A program made the translations under genes and the position numbers. Positions 56,265 to 64,000 of a stretch of 64,000 nt of DNA are shown piece after piece; the stretch's first letter is position 1, and each line of letters begins with the position of its first letter. The notes below the pieces were generated by a model. That model saw only the letters and a list, made by a program, of their open reading frames with translations, did not search any database and was not told where the DNA came from. Origin of the DNA: an uncultured Actinomycetes bacterium (lineage in GTDB: Bacteria; Actinomycetota; UBA4738; HRBIN12); contig CAWCPZ010000011.1 of assembly GCA_963797635.1 (NCBI GenBank), positions 563,248-627,247 on the forward strand. The letters run 5' to 3'.

Positions 56265-57552
56265 TCAGTATCCGGGCGTCTCCTCGCCCGAGCGACGTTC
56301 CCTGGCCCGCAACCGCGCGCGGTACCAGGACCCGATCGCCAGCAGGGCGTAGAACGCCGCCAGGATCAAGATCCCCTGCCGGAAATCGATCGGCAGGAGC
56401 GCCGGGATGAAGGCCCCGGCCACCCACGCCAGTTGGAACAGCACCTCGTAGCGCACGAACACCCGCCCCTGCGCCCCCGCGGGGGCGTGGCGCTGCATCA
56501 GGCTCTGGAACGCGAGCCGCCCGAACTCGGTGGCCGCGCCAGCCACGAACGCGTAGATCGTGAGCAACGGCAATCCGAAGATCTCGAACGCGAGCAGGGC
56601 GCCGATGCACGCGGCGCTCACGCACGCGATCACCACCGCTTCCTCCCGCGTGGTGGTGGGCACCCTCGGCGCCACCACGTCGGCGACGAACGTGCCCACG
56701 ATGCCCCCCGCCGCCAGCACCGCGAACCAGTACGCCGGCGCGCCGCCTTCCCGCAGCGAGAACGCCAGCAGGAAGAGCAGGAACCCGCTCGCCGCGCGCA
56801 GGCCGACGGCGCCGACCGCGGGCGCGGCCGAGATCCGGGATGCGCCCACGCGGCCCCACCGTGTCGGGCGCCTGGCCGGTGCGAGCCGGGTGGGGCAGCC
56901 GCAGGTTCAACAGGGCGGATCCGGCGTAGACGACGGCGGCCAGATAGATCGGACCCGCCGACCCCCACACCTTCAGGAACACGAACGCGATGGGCGCGGC
57001 GATCACGGCGCCGATCGCGGCCAGGCGCCCCAGCCGGGCGTTCGCCCGCATCAGGCCTTCCTCGTGCGGGGCGTAGGCCATCGTGAGGCCGTTCTTCGTG
57101 ATCGCGTGCACCTTCGACAGCACCAGCAGGATCAACGCGCTCGGGAACAACAGGATCGAACCGAACCGTGGCGCGGCATAGATCGCGACGGCGGCGCGCC
57201 CGGCGGCCGCCCCGAACGAGATCGCGCGCCGCGGACCGGCCTTGTCCAACATCGGGACCAGCAGCGGGCCGGCCAACGCCAGCGGCAGCATCGTGAGGGC
57301 GAGGTAGGCGGCGACCTTGAGCTTCGCCTCGCCCACCGGCAGCGAGAAGAACACCGAGTCGGCCAGGGCCACCGCCAGCATCGCATCGCCCATCACCGAG
57401 GTGAAGTGGCACAACGCGTAGGTGTCGAGCGGATCGGTGGAGCGCCACATCCGCTGGAAGGGATGGATCGCGCCGCGGACCATGCTCGACGCGCCGTACA
57501 GCACCAGCTGCCAGAAGGGCACCCGCTGCGGACGCTCCGGTGGGGTGTGCAC
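56265..57552 (-). pseudogene. MFS-type transporter, frame break near 56850-56858
   Basis: The N-terminal half is in ORF 56254..57552 (hydrophobic up to ...LNLRLPHPARTGQAPDTVG). The C-terminal half (VGASRISAAPAVGAVGLRAASGFLLFLLAFSL...) is in ORF 56265..56849. Confidence 0.7.
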
Positions 57553-57565
57553 CGGTTCCGCGTTC

Positions 57566-59020
57566 CTACCCGGAGAGCCGTTCGAGCAGGAGCTCCTTCG
57601 CGAGCTTCGGGTTGGCCGAGCCCGCCGACTTCTTCATGACCTGGCCCACCAGGAACCCGAGCACGGCCTCCTTGCCCCCGCGGAACTGTTCGACGACCTC
57701 GGGGTTCTCGGCCAGGACCTCGTCGGCGATCGCCCCGAGCGCGCCGCTGTCGGAGACCTGGGTGAGACCCTTGCGCTCGACGATCTCGGCGATGGGATCG
57801 CCGGTGGCCACCGCCTCCTCGAGGGCCTGCTTCGCGCCTGCTCCACTGACCGTGTCGTCGGCGACCAGGGCGATCAGGTCGGCGATGTGCTGCGCCGTGA
57901 CCGGCGAGGCGGCGGGATCGACACCGAGCTTGTTGAGCGAACCCGCCAGGTCCTGGGTGATCCAGTTCGCCGCCGCCTTGGGATCGGCCCCCAGGGCCAC
58001 GGTCTCGTCGAACAAGGCCGACGACGCGCGGTCCCCGACCAGCACGCGAGCCACGTCGGGCTTGAGCCCGTCGTCGGTCTCGTAGCGGGCACGGCGGGCT
58101 CGCGGCAGTTCGGGCAGGCCCGCTCGGATCTCGGCGATCCACTCCTCGCTGGGCTCCAGCGCCGGGATGTCGGGTTCGGGGAAGTAGCGATAGTCGAACG
58201 CTTCCTCCTTCGAACGCATCGACTTCGTGGAGCCCGAGTCCTCGTCCCAGTGACGCGTCTCCTGCGCGATCGCCTCGCCGGCCTCGAGCGCCTTGGTCTG
58301 CCGCTCGATCTCGAAATGGAGCGCGCGCTCCAGGGAGCGGATCGAGTTCATGTTCTTGATCTCGACCTTGGTGCCGAACGCCTCGGTACCGACCGGTCGC
58401 ATCGAGATGTTGGCGTCACAGCGCAGCGAACCTTCCTCCATGCGCACGTCGCTGACGTCGAGCGACTCCAACGTGGCGCGGAGTTCACGGAGGTAGGCGG
58501 CTGCCTCCTCCGGAGAACGGATGTCGGGCTCACTCACGCACTCGACCAGGGGCACGCCCGCGCGGTTGAAGTCGATCAGGGCGGCGTCGGCGTCGTGGAT
58601 GCGGCCCGTGGCGCTCGCGTGCACGGTCTTGCCGGTGTCCTCTTCCATGTGGACGCGCGTGATGCCGATGCGGCTGGTGGTGCCGTCGGGCAGGTCGACG
58701 TCGAGGTGTCCGCCCACGCAGATCGGCAGGTCGTACTGGCTGATCTGGTAGTTCTTCGGCATGTCCGGATAGAAGTAGTTCTTCCGGTGGAACAGCGAGT
58801 GCGGCGCGATCTCGCTGCCGACGGCCAGGCCGATCAGGATGATGCGACGGATCGCTTCGCGGTTGGGCACCGGCAACGAACCCGGGTGACCCAGGCAGAC
58901 CGGGCACACGTTCGTGTTGGGCGCCGCGCCGAACTCGGCGCGGCAGCCGCAGAACATCTTCGTCTGGGTGTTGAGCTCGACGTGGCACTCGAGCCCGATG
59001 ACGGCTTCGACCTCGGTCAT
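57566..59020 (-). CDS. gatB: Asp-tRNA(Asn)/Glu-tRNA(Gln) amidotransferase subunit B
   Basis: ORF 57566..59020 (484 aa). Contains IGLECHVELNTQTKMFCGC, NTNVCPVCLGHPGSLP, NRAGVPLVE and a C-terminal GatB/YqeY domain. Confidence 0.95.
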   Translation of the reverse strand: MTEVEAVIGLECHVELNTQTKMFCGCRAEFGAAPNTNVCPVCLGHPGSLPVPNREAIRRIILIGLAVGSEIAPHSLFHRKNYFYPDMPKNYQISQYDLPICVGGHLDVDLPDGTTSRIGITRVHMEEDTGKTVHASATGRIHDADAALIDFNRAGVPLVECVSEPDIRSPEEAAAYLRELRATLESLDVSDVRMEEGSLRCDANISMRPVGTEAFGTKVEIKNMNSIRSLERALHFEIERQTKALEAGEAIAQETRHWDEDSGSTKSMRSKEEAFDYRYFPEPDIPALEPSEEWIAEIRAGLPELPRARRARYETDDGLKPDVARVLVGDRASSALFDETVALGADPKAAANWITQDLAGSLNKLGVDPAASPVTAQHIADLIALVADDTVSGAGAKQALEEAVATGDPIAEIVERKGLTQVSDSGALGAIADEVLAENPEVVEQFRGGKEAVLGFLVGQVMKKSAGSANPKLAKELLLERLSG

Positions 59021-59083
59021 GAGGCGCCTAGCCTAACGGCCCGCCCCAACGGTCGCCTCTTCGTCAGCGCCCGGTCCGGGGCG

Positions 59084-59527
59084 TCAGTCGGCGATCGGCT
59101 CCCAGATCAGCTCGGCAACGTCGATCACGAGGTCGGGCTCCGCTTGATCGGGGTCGGCCGGCGCGCGCACCTCGCCGACACAGACGCACACGGCATCGTT
59201 GAGGCGCCGATACGGCTCAGCGTCGCTGAGATGGAAGACCGCGCCGACGATCTGCCGGTGTCCCTTGGGGTAGGCACGCCCGTACCCATGCCACTCGAAC
59301 ATGATCACGGCCCCGTCGTCGGTCTCGATCACGGCACGGAGGTCAGGCCGGAACGGGCCATCAACCCCCTGGCGGCGGGGGAAATTCACGCCTCGGAAGC
59401 GGCCGCTGATCGATCCCTCACAACGACCCTCGGCGAGGTACAGGTGCTGTTCCCAGCCGCCCTCGAGCTCGACCTTCCAGCTCTCGGGATACGTGAACCG
59501 GATCCGATACAGCTGCTCGACCTTCAC
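59084..59527 (-). CDS. DUF3237-like hypothetical protein
   Basis: ORF 59084..59527 (147 aa). MKVEQLYRIRFTYPESWKVELEGGWEQHLYLAEGRCEGSISGRFRG... Family assignment is from memory of the DUF3237 pattern and is moderate only. Confidence 0.6.
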   Translation of the reverse strand: MKVEQLYRIRFTYPESWKVELEGGWEQHLYLAEGRCEGSISGRFRGVNFPRRQGVDGPFRPDLRAVIETDDGAVIMFEWHGYGRAYPKGHRQIVGAVFHLSDAEPYRRLNDAVCVCVGEVRAPADPDQAEPDLVIDVAELIWEPIAD

Positions 59528-59636
59528 CTGTCCTCCTGTTCCGGCGCCGACATCCGGACAACGCTATCTCAGGTCTTCCGTGGTTCGATTGCTGGCGTGG
59601 ATCGCCCTGAGTCTGTCGATCGAGAGGAGTTCGACC

Positions 59637-60185
59637 ATGACTGAAGGATCAGGAGCGAAGGACGCTTCACGCACGTTCGATGACCAGGACCGCGCTCGAG
59701 GGCAGGACTGGTTGGGTGATCTCGGGCAGGAGGAACGCCGAGAACTCCTGGCGTGGGTGGGCCAGAACCTGACGGAGGTGCGGCAGACCGCGCTCGGTCA
59801 GCGACCCGTCTACTGGATCCTCTGGCTCGGCTTGGCGGTCGGCTTGGTGGCGTATGTCGCTGGGTACTTGATCAAGGCCTCGACGCCAACGGAGCCTCTT
59901 GGGCTGGTTGGCGACCTGCTGTATACGTTCGGTTGGGCACTGTGGACCGGTGTCGTCGTGGTGGTGTTCCTCCAGATCATCCCGGAGACGAAGCGGCGCC
60001 AATACAAGAGGGCGCTCGATGCCTACGAGGCATCGCTCCGCGAGGAAGCAGAGCCGGAAGCGAGTGACAGCCGGTCCGATAGCCAGCGTGACTTGATCCG
60101 ATCGAGTCGGCATGGTCGTCTCGGGCCACCCGTGTCGCTCGGCGGGATGGTCCAGCTGTGGTCTATGCACACCTTCGCGTACTGA
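59637..60185 (+). CDS. Hypothetical membrane protein (2 predicted TM segments)
   Basis: In-frame ATG 59637 of ORF 59301..60185, preceded by GAGAGGAG. TM segments: VYWILWLGLAVGLVAYVAGYLI and LYTFGWALWTGVVVVVFLQII. No family recognised. Confidence 0.5.
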   Translation: MTEGSGAKDASRTFDDQDRARGQDWLGDLGQEERRELLAWVGQNLTEVRQTALGQRPVYWILWLGLAVGLVAYVAGYLIKASTPTEPLGLVGDLLYTFGWALWTGVVVVVFLQIIPETKRRQYKRALDAYEASLREEAEPEASDSRSDSQRDLIRSSRHGRLGPPVSLGGMVQLWSMHTFAY

Positions 60186-60500
60186 CATGGTCTACGCTGC
60201 CGGGTTCGGCATCCGGCGGTTCCCGTCGCGTCACTGCTCGGCGCGGCACACTCCCGGAGTTCTTCGGCCTCTTCCCGATTACGGGGTCGTGGTCCTCTCG
60301 GACGCTGCGATCCTGTGCGTCCATCGTGACCTGGCCTCCTGGCCGCCGGCTCGTGGAATGGATCAGCGGGACGGTGCTGATCTCGTCCGTCCCGAGGCGA
60401 TCTTCGCTCGCCTGCGATCGGGACCGGCATCGCGAGCGGCTTCCGCCTGGCGTGATCGTCGACTGCTCGCGGTCGAGACCCGCCCCGCTATCCTGGCTCG

Positions 60501-61592
60501 ATGCCCGATGCCGCCCGCCCGTCCACCGCCAAGATCTGGACGATCCTGGGCGCCCTCTATTTCGTCTGGGGCACGACCTATCTGGGCATCGAGAAGGTCA
60601 ACGAGACGGTGCCGACCTTGCTCGGCGCTGCGGCGCGGTTCCTGTTCGCGGGCACGGTCCTGTTCGCGTGGACCTCGATGCGGACGCACGAGCGCACGAC
60701 CCCGAAGCAGTGGCGCGCCGCCGGCATCGTGGGCATCTTCCTGCTGCTCGGCGGGAACGCGCTCGTGGCGGTGTCGGAGAACATGGGCACCCCCACGAGC
60801 ATCGTGTCGCTGATCATCGCGCTGATCCCGCTGTGGCTCGCGTTCTTCGATCGGGTCGTGTTCCGTGCGGCGCCGCTCGGCTGGAAGGTGGTCGTGGGGC
60901 TGGTCGGAGGGTTCACCGGCGCCGCGCTGCTGGTGAGCGGCAGTGCCGGCAACGGCGTGCCGGTCGGCGGCATGCTCGTCGCGGTCGCCGCCACGCTGTG
61001 CTGGACCGTCGGATCCCTCTACGCGCGCACGGCTCCGCTGCCGAAGGCTCCCCTGCTCGGCAGCGGCATGCAGCAGCTGGTCGGCGGCGGGGTCATCCTG
61101 CTCGTCGCCCTCGTCGTCGGGGAGGCCGCCGACTTCAACCTGAGCGCGATCTCATCGTCGTCCTGGCTCGGTCTCGCCTGGCTGATCGTCGCCGGATCCT
61201 TCGTCGGGTTCAGCGCCTACCTGTGGCTGCTGCGGAACGTGCGCACGTCGCTCGTCTCCACCTACGCGTACGTGAACCCGATCGTCGCCGTGACCTTGGG
61301 GTGGTTCGTGCTGGACGAGGACCTGACGGCCCGGCTGTTCATCAGCGGTGCCATCGTGCTGGCTTCCGTGGCCTTGATCGTGTCCTCGGGTGCTGCGGCT
61401 CGCCGGACCGAGGACGCGGGCAACCCGGCCGCAGGCGTCGCGCGCGAGATGGCCGAAGGCTCAGACGCCGGCGACGAGCGGCGGCCGGAGCTCGAGGGCG
61501 AGCTCCCGCTCGAGAGCGGCGGCCGCCCGGAGCAGCGTCTGCTCGCCAAGGACGGGAGCGGTGAACTGGAGGCCGATCGGGAGCCCGGTTGA
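60501..61592 (+). CDS. EamA/DMT family transporter; the 3' tail overlaps gatA on the opposite strand
   Basis: ORF 60501..61592 (363 aa). About 10 TM segments, with [15 protein letters not shown] and [14 protein letters not shown] blocks. A TATCCT hexamer ends 6 nt before the ATG, suggesting a leaderless mRNA. The last 44 codons overlap gatA (61461..). Confidence 0.8.
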   Translation: MPDAARPSTAKIWTILGALYFVWGTTYLGIEKVNETVPTLLGAAARFLFAGTVLFAWTSMRTHERTTPKQWRAAGIVGIFLLLGGNALVAVSENMGTPTSIVSLIIALIPLWLAFFDRVVFRAAPLGWKVVVGLVGGFTGAALLVSGSAGNGVPVGGMLVAVAATLCWTVGSLYARTAPLPKAPLLGSGMQQLVGGGVILLVALVVGEAADFNLSAISSSSWLGLAWLIVAGSFVGFSAYLWLLRNVRTSLVSTYAYVNPIVAVTLGWFVLDEDLTARLFISGAIVLASVALIVSSGAAARRTEDAGNPAAGVAREMAEGSDAGDERRPELEGELPLESGGRPEQRLLAKDGSGELEADREPG

Positions 61593-62936
61593 GTCCAGGC
61601 CGCACGGCACGCTGATCGCGGGCACGCCCGCCAGGTTCGCCGGGATCGTGAAGATGTCGTTCAGGTACATCGCCATGGGGTCGTCCACCTTCGCCCCGAT
61701 CGGGAACGCGGTGGTGGGCGAGGTGGGCGAGACCAGCACGTCGAAGTCGGCGAACGCGGCTTCGTAATCGCGGATGATCAGCGTGCGCACCTTCTGTGCC
61801 TGGCCGTAGTACGCGTCGTAGTAGCCGGCGCTCAACGCATACGTGCCGAGCATGATGCGGCGCTTCACCTCGGGGCCGAACCCGGCGCCGCGCGTGCGGA
61901 ACATCATCTCGATCGAGTCGTCGCCGTCCACGCGCAGGCCGTATCGCACCCCGTCGTAGCGGGCCAGGTTCGATGAGGCCTCGCTCGGCGCGATCAGGTA
62001 GTAGGCGCTCAGCGCGTAGCCGGCATGCGGAAGGGTCGCCTCCCCCACCTGCGCGCCGAGGTCGGCGAGCCGATCGACCGCCGCCCGCACCGAGGCGGCG
62101 ACGTCGGGCTCGACACCTTCGCCGAACGCGTCGGCGAGCACGCCGATCCGCAGCCCTTCCACGCCCCGGCCGAGCTGCTCGTGGTAGTCGGGCACCTCGA
62201 CGTCGAGGCTGGTCGCGTCGCGATGGTCCTTGCCGGCGAGGACGCCGAGCAGGGTGGCGGCGTCGGGCACGCTCCGCGTGAACGTGCCCACCGTGTCCAG
62301 CGACGAGGCGAACGCCACCAACCCGTAGCGGCTGATCAACCCGTAGGTGGGCTTGAGCCCCACGACGCCGGTGAGCGACGCCGGCTGGCGCACCGAGCCG
62401 CCGGTGTCGGTGCCCAGGGCCCATACCGCGGCGCCCGCGGCCACCGCGGCCGCGCTCCCGCCGCTCGAACCGCCCGGCACGGTGTCCAGGTTCCATGGGT
62501 TGTGCACGACCCCGTAGGCGGAGTTCTCGGTGGACGAGCCCATCGCGAACTCGTCGCAGTTGGTCTTGCCCACCAGCACGCTGCCGGCGCCCGACAGCCG
62601 CGTCCACGCGGTGCAGTCATAGGGCGGGACGTAGGTCTCCAGGATCTTCGACGCGCACGTCGTTCGGATGCCCTTCGTGGTGAGCACGTCTTTGAGCGCG
62701 GTGGGGATGCCGGCCACGCCCGATTGCGGCGCGCCGGTGGCGAGGTAGGTGTCGAGTTCGGCCGCGCGTTCGCGCGCCACCTCGGTGGTCACCGACAGGA
62801 ACGCACCGAGTTGGTCGTTGACGGCTTCGAGCCGGGCCAGGCTGGAATCGGTGAGCTCCACCGCGGTGATCTCGCCGGCGCGGAGCTGGGCCGAGAGCTC
62901 GGTCCCGGTGCGATCGCAGAGTTCGAGCTCGCTCAC
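61461..62936 (-). CDS. gatA: Glu-tRNA(Gln)/Asp-tRNA(Asn) amidotransferase subunit A
   Basis: ORF 61461..62936 (491 aa). Amidase signature [14 protein letters not shown] and [10 protein letters not shown]. Confidence 0.95.
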   Translation of the reverse strand: MSELELCDRTGTELSAQLRAGEITAVELTDSSLARLEAVNDQLGAFLSVTTEVARERAAELDTYLATGAPQSGVAGIPTALKDVLTTKGIRTTCASKILETYVPPYDCTAWTRLSGAGSVLVGKTNCDEFAMGSSTENSAYGVVHNPWNLDTVPGGSSGGSAAAVAAGAAVWALGTDTGGSVRQPASLTGVVGLKPTYGLISRYGLVAFASSLDTVGTFTRSVPDAATLLGVLAGKDHRDATSLDVEVPDYHEQLGRGVEGLRIGVLADAFGEGVEPDVAASVRAAVDRLADLGAQVGEATLPHAGYALSAYYLIAPSEASSNLARYDGVRYGLRVDGDDSIEMMFRTRGAGFGPEVKRRIMLGTYALSAGYYDAYYGQAQKVRTLIIRDYEAAFADFDVLVSPTSPTTAFPIGAKVDDPMAMYLNDIFTIPANLAGVPAISVPCGLDSTGLPIGLQFTAPVLGEQTLLRAAAALERELALELRPPLVAGV

Positions 62937-63226
62937 GAGCCGGTCTCCGCGATCTTCGGCACCATGAACCGGCCGTCGGCCTGCGCCGGGGCGTTGGCCA
63001 GTGCCGCGTCGTGCGGGATCGACGGCTCGGGCGTGTCCTCGCGGAAGACGTTCGCGCGAGGGATCGCCGAGGCGGTGGGCGGCACGTCGTCGGCCGCCAC
63101 CTCGCCCACAGCGGCGGCGTGCTCGAGGATGACCCCGAGCTGCGCGCGCAACTCGGTCTTCTCCTCCTCGGTCAGATCCAGCCGGGCGAGCCGTGCGACG
63201 TGGTCGATGTCGATCTCTATCGCCAT
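62933..63226 (-). CDS. gatC: Glu-tRNA(Gln)/Asp-tRNA(Asn) amidotransferase subunit C
   Basis: ORF 62933..63226 (97 aa). [36 protein letters not shown]... Overlaps gatA by 4 nt. Confidence 0.9.
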   Translation of the reverse strand: MAIEIDIDHVARLARLDLTEEEKTELRAQLGVILEHAAAVGEVAADDVPPTASAIPRANVFREDTPEPSIPHDAALANAPAQADGRFMVPKIAETGS

Positions 63227-63260
63227 GGCGGGCAGTGTAGCGGCCGACGTTCAGACGAGG

Positions 63261-64000
63261 TCAGGGCAGCGGGGGCAACGGCGGTGGTGGTGGCATCGGG
63301 GGCAGCGCCACCGTGGCGCCGGGCAGGGGCGGGGGCAACGGCGCCGCCCCCGACATCGGCGCGAGCGCGCGCTGCCGGCCGAGGATGTCCCGCAGGATCA
63401 CGACCGCGCAGATGGCGGCAGCGATCTCCACCAGGCGCGCGATCACCGCGACGATGTCGCTCGACGCCACGGTGCTGAGATCGCTCTCCTGCTGCATCGC
63501 GCTCGCCACGATATCCAGGAGGTTCCCCCCGATCCAGCACGCCCACCACAGCCCCAGCACCCACCAGGCCCTGGCACGCCACCAACCCTTGGGATCGTCG
63601 GTGGGTTCGCTGGCTTTCCAGAGCTCCGACATCGCACCCAAGGGCTTCCAGAGGCTCGCGAACGGGATGAACCACCAGCCCACGGCCCATCCGGGTGTGT
63701 AGCTCAGGCCGATGCGCCCGAACGACCGGAGGTTGCTGTGGGCCCGGTGCTGCCAGATGCACCACAGCACCGCGGTGACGAGCAGCGCGATCAACGTCCA
63801 GCCACCGATCGCCTCGACGCGGTTGTCGCTCGCGACCGCTTCCTCGATCGACACCGGACGTCCGGCGAGCGAATCGAGCACCAGCGAACGCTCGATCAAC
63901 AGCGACACCACACCGAGGATGTCGATCACGGCCGTCACCGCCAGCATGGCCACCACCCAGTACGTGAGGACCCCGAGCGGTTTGCCGCGCGCCGGTGTCT
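63261..64000 (-). CDS. DUF4328-like membrane protein with a proline-rich C-terminal tail; the 5' end probably lies beyond the window
   Basis: ORF 63261..63956. The frame stays open to position 64000 (..PARGKPLGVLTYW upstream of the listed start). Contains SYTPGWAVGWWFIPFASLWKPLGAMSELWKAS (W-rich DUF4328-type block). The tail is PLPPPLPGATVALPPMPPPPPLPPLP. Confidence 0.6.
   Translation of the reverse strand, partial: TPARGKPLGVLTYWVVAMLAVTAVIDILGVVSLLIERSLVLDSLAGRPVSIEEAVASDNRVEAIGGWTLIALLVTAVLWCIWQHRAHSNLRSFGRIGLSYTPGWAVGWWFIPFASLWKPLGAMSELWKASEPTDDPKGWWRARAWWVLGLWWACWIGGNLLDIVASAMQQESDLSTVASSDIVAVIARLVEIAAAICAVVILRDILGRQRALAPMSGAAPLPPPLPGATVALPPMPPPPPLPPLP

Noticed and set aside
57422-59644. 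740-aa ORF on the plus strand; similar cases at 9615..11408, 28725..30269, 43617..45161 and 860..2302
   Set aside because: All are antisense to well-supported genes (gatB, gltX, hpaD-like/ALDH, the CrtI-like oxidoreductase, the phosphoesterase) and have repetitive R/G/A/V/D composition.
1-64000. Programmed ribosomal frameshifting, transcriptional slippage or an alternative genetic code as an explanation for the split genes
   Set aside because: There are about 40 sites in unrelated genes. I saw no common slippery heptamer, poly-A/T tract or downstream structure at the junctions I read. The breaks often fall inside conserved motifs, and no stop-codon reassignment is needed anywhere. Insertion-type consensus error, or much less likely real decay, explains them more simply.
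1-64000. CRISPR arrays, rRNA genes, tandem-repeat arrays and insertion sequences
   Set aside because: By eye I saw no regularly spaced direct repeats of 25-40 nt, no rRNA-like conserved blocks and no transposase-like ORFs or terminal inverted repeats. Only the short palindromes listed above recur.

Overview
Very GC-rich, actinobacterial-type chromosomal segment (GC and taxon judged by eye, not computed). I support about 60 protein genes and one tRNA-Glu(CUC). I saw no rRNA, CRISPR array, transposase, integrase or phage genes. Housekeeping genes: gltX (with the FAH-family neighbour and nearby tRNA-Glu, a synteny known from mycobacteria), pepN, ilvE, serA plus a class-V aminotransferase, gatC-gatA and a separated gatB, and an NAD-IDH-like dehydrogenase. 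Accessory content: (i) homoprotocatechuate-type meta-cleavage genes at two loci, 11.0-13.9 kb and 28.7-31.1 kb. The second locus sits in one co-directional string: aldehyde dehydrogenase, HpaD-like dioxygenase, APC permease, PLP decarboxylase, MarR. (ii) Two cytochrome P450 genes flanking a glutamine-synthetase-like gene, an SDR and a luciferase-like monooxygenase; both P450 genes carry the same AT-rich upstream motif. (iii) MmpL, three MFS and one EamA transporter, and a 1007-aa FtsX-type permease with two ATPases. (iv) An ECF-type sigma factor reading straight into a transmembrane and extracytoplasmic domain. (v) A ring-hydroxylating oxygenase alpha-subunit homologue lacking its Rieske domain, plus a stand-alone Rieske ferredoxin and reductase pair. 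(vi) Tandem paralog pairs: secreted phosphoesterases, small secreted proteins next to the tRNA, and methyltransferases. The dominant observation is technical or evolutionary rather than a new system. About 40 reading-frame breaks affect about 25 genes. Every break I checked at DNA level is repaired by skipping exactly one nucleotide (a +1 insertion signature), and I saw no in-frame stop within any recognisable protein segment. They are unevenly spread: at least 8 fall in the 1.5-kb APC permease, while several 1.3-3 kb genes have none. Broken genes are listed as pseudogene, but uncorrected insertion-type sequencing error is the more likely cause. Many long ORFs in the track are antisense shadow ORFs or read-through fusions typical of high-GC DNA. 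Single-base coordinates near 18301-18361 are uncertain, because my reading of the printed sequence and the ORF track disagree by one base there.
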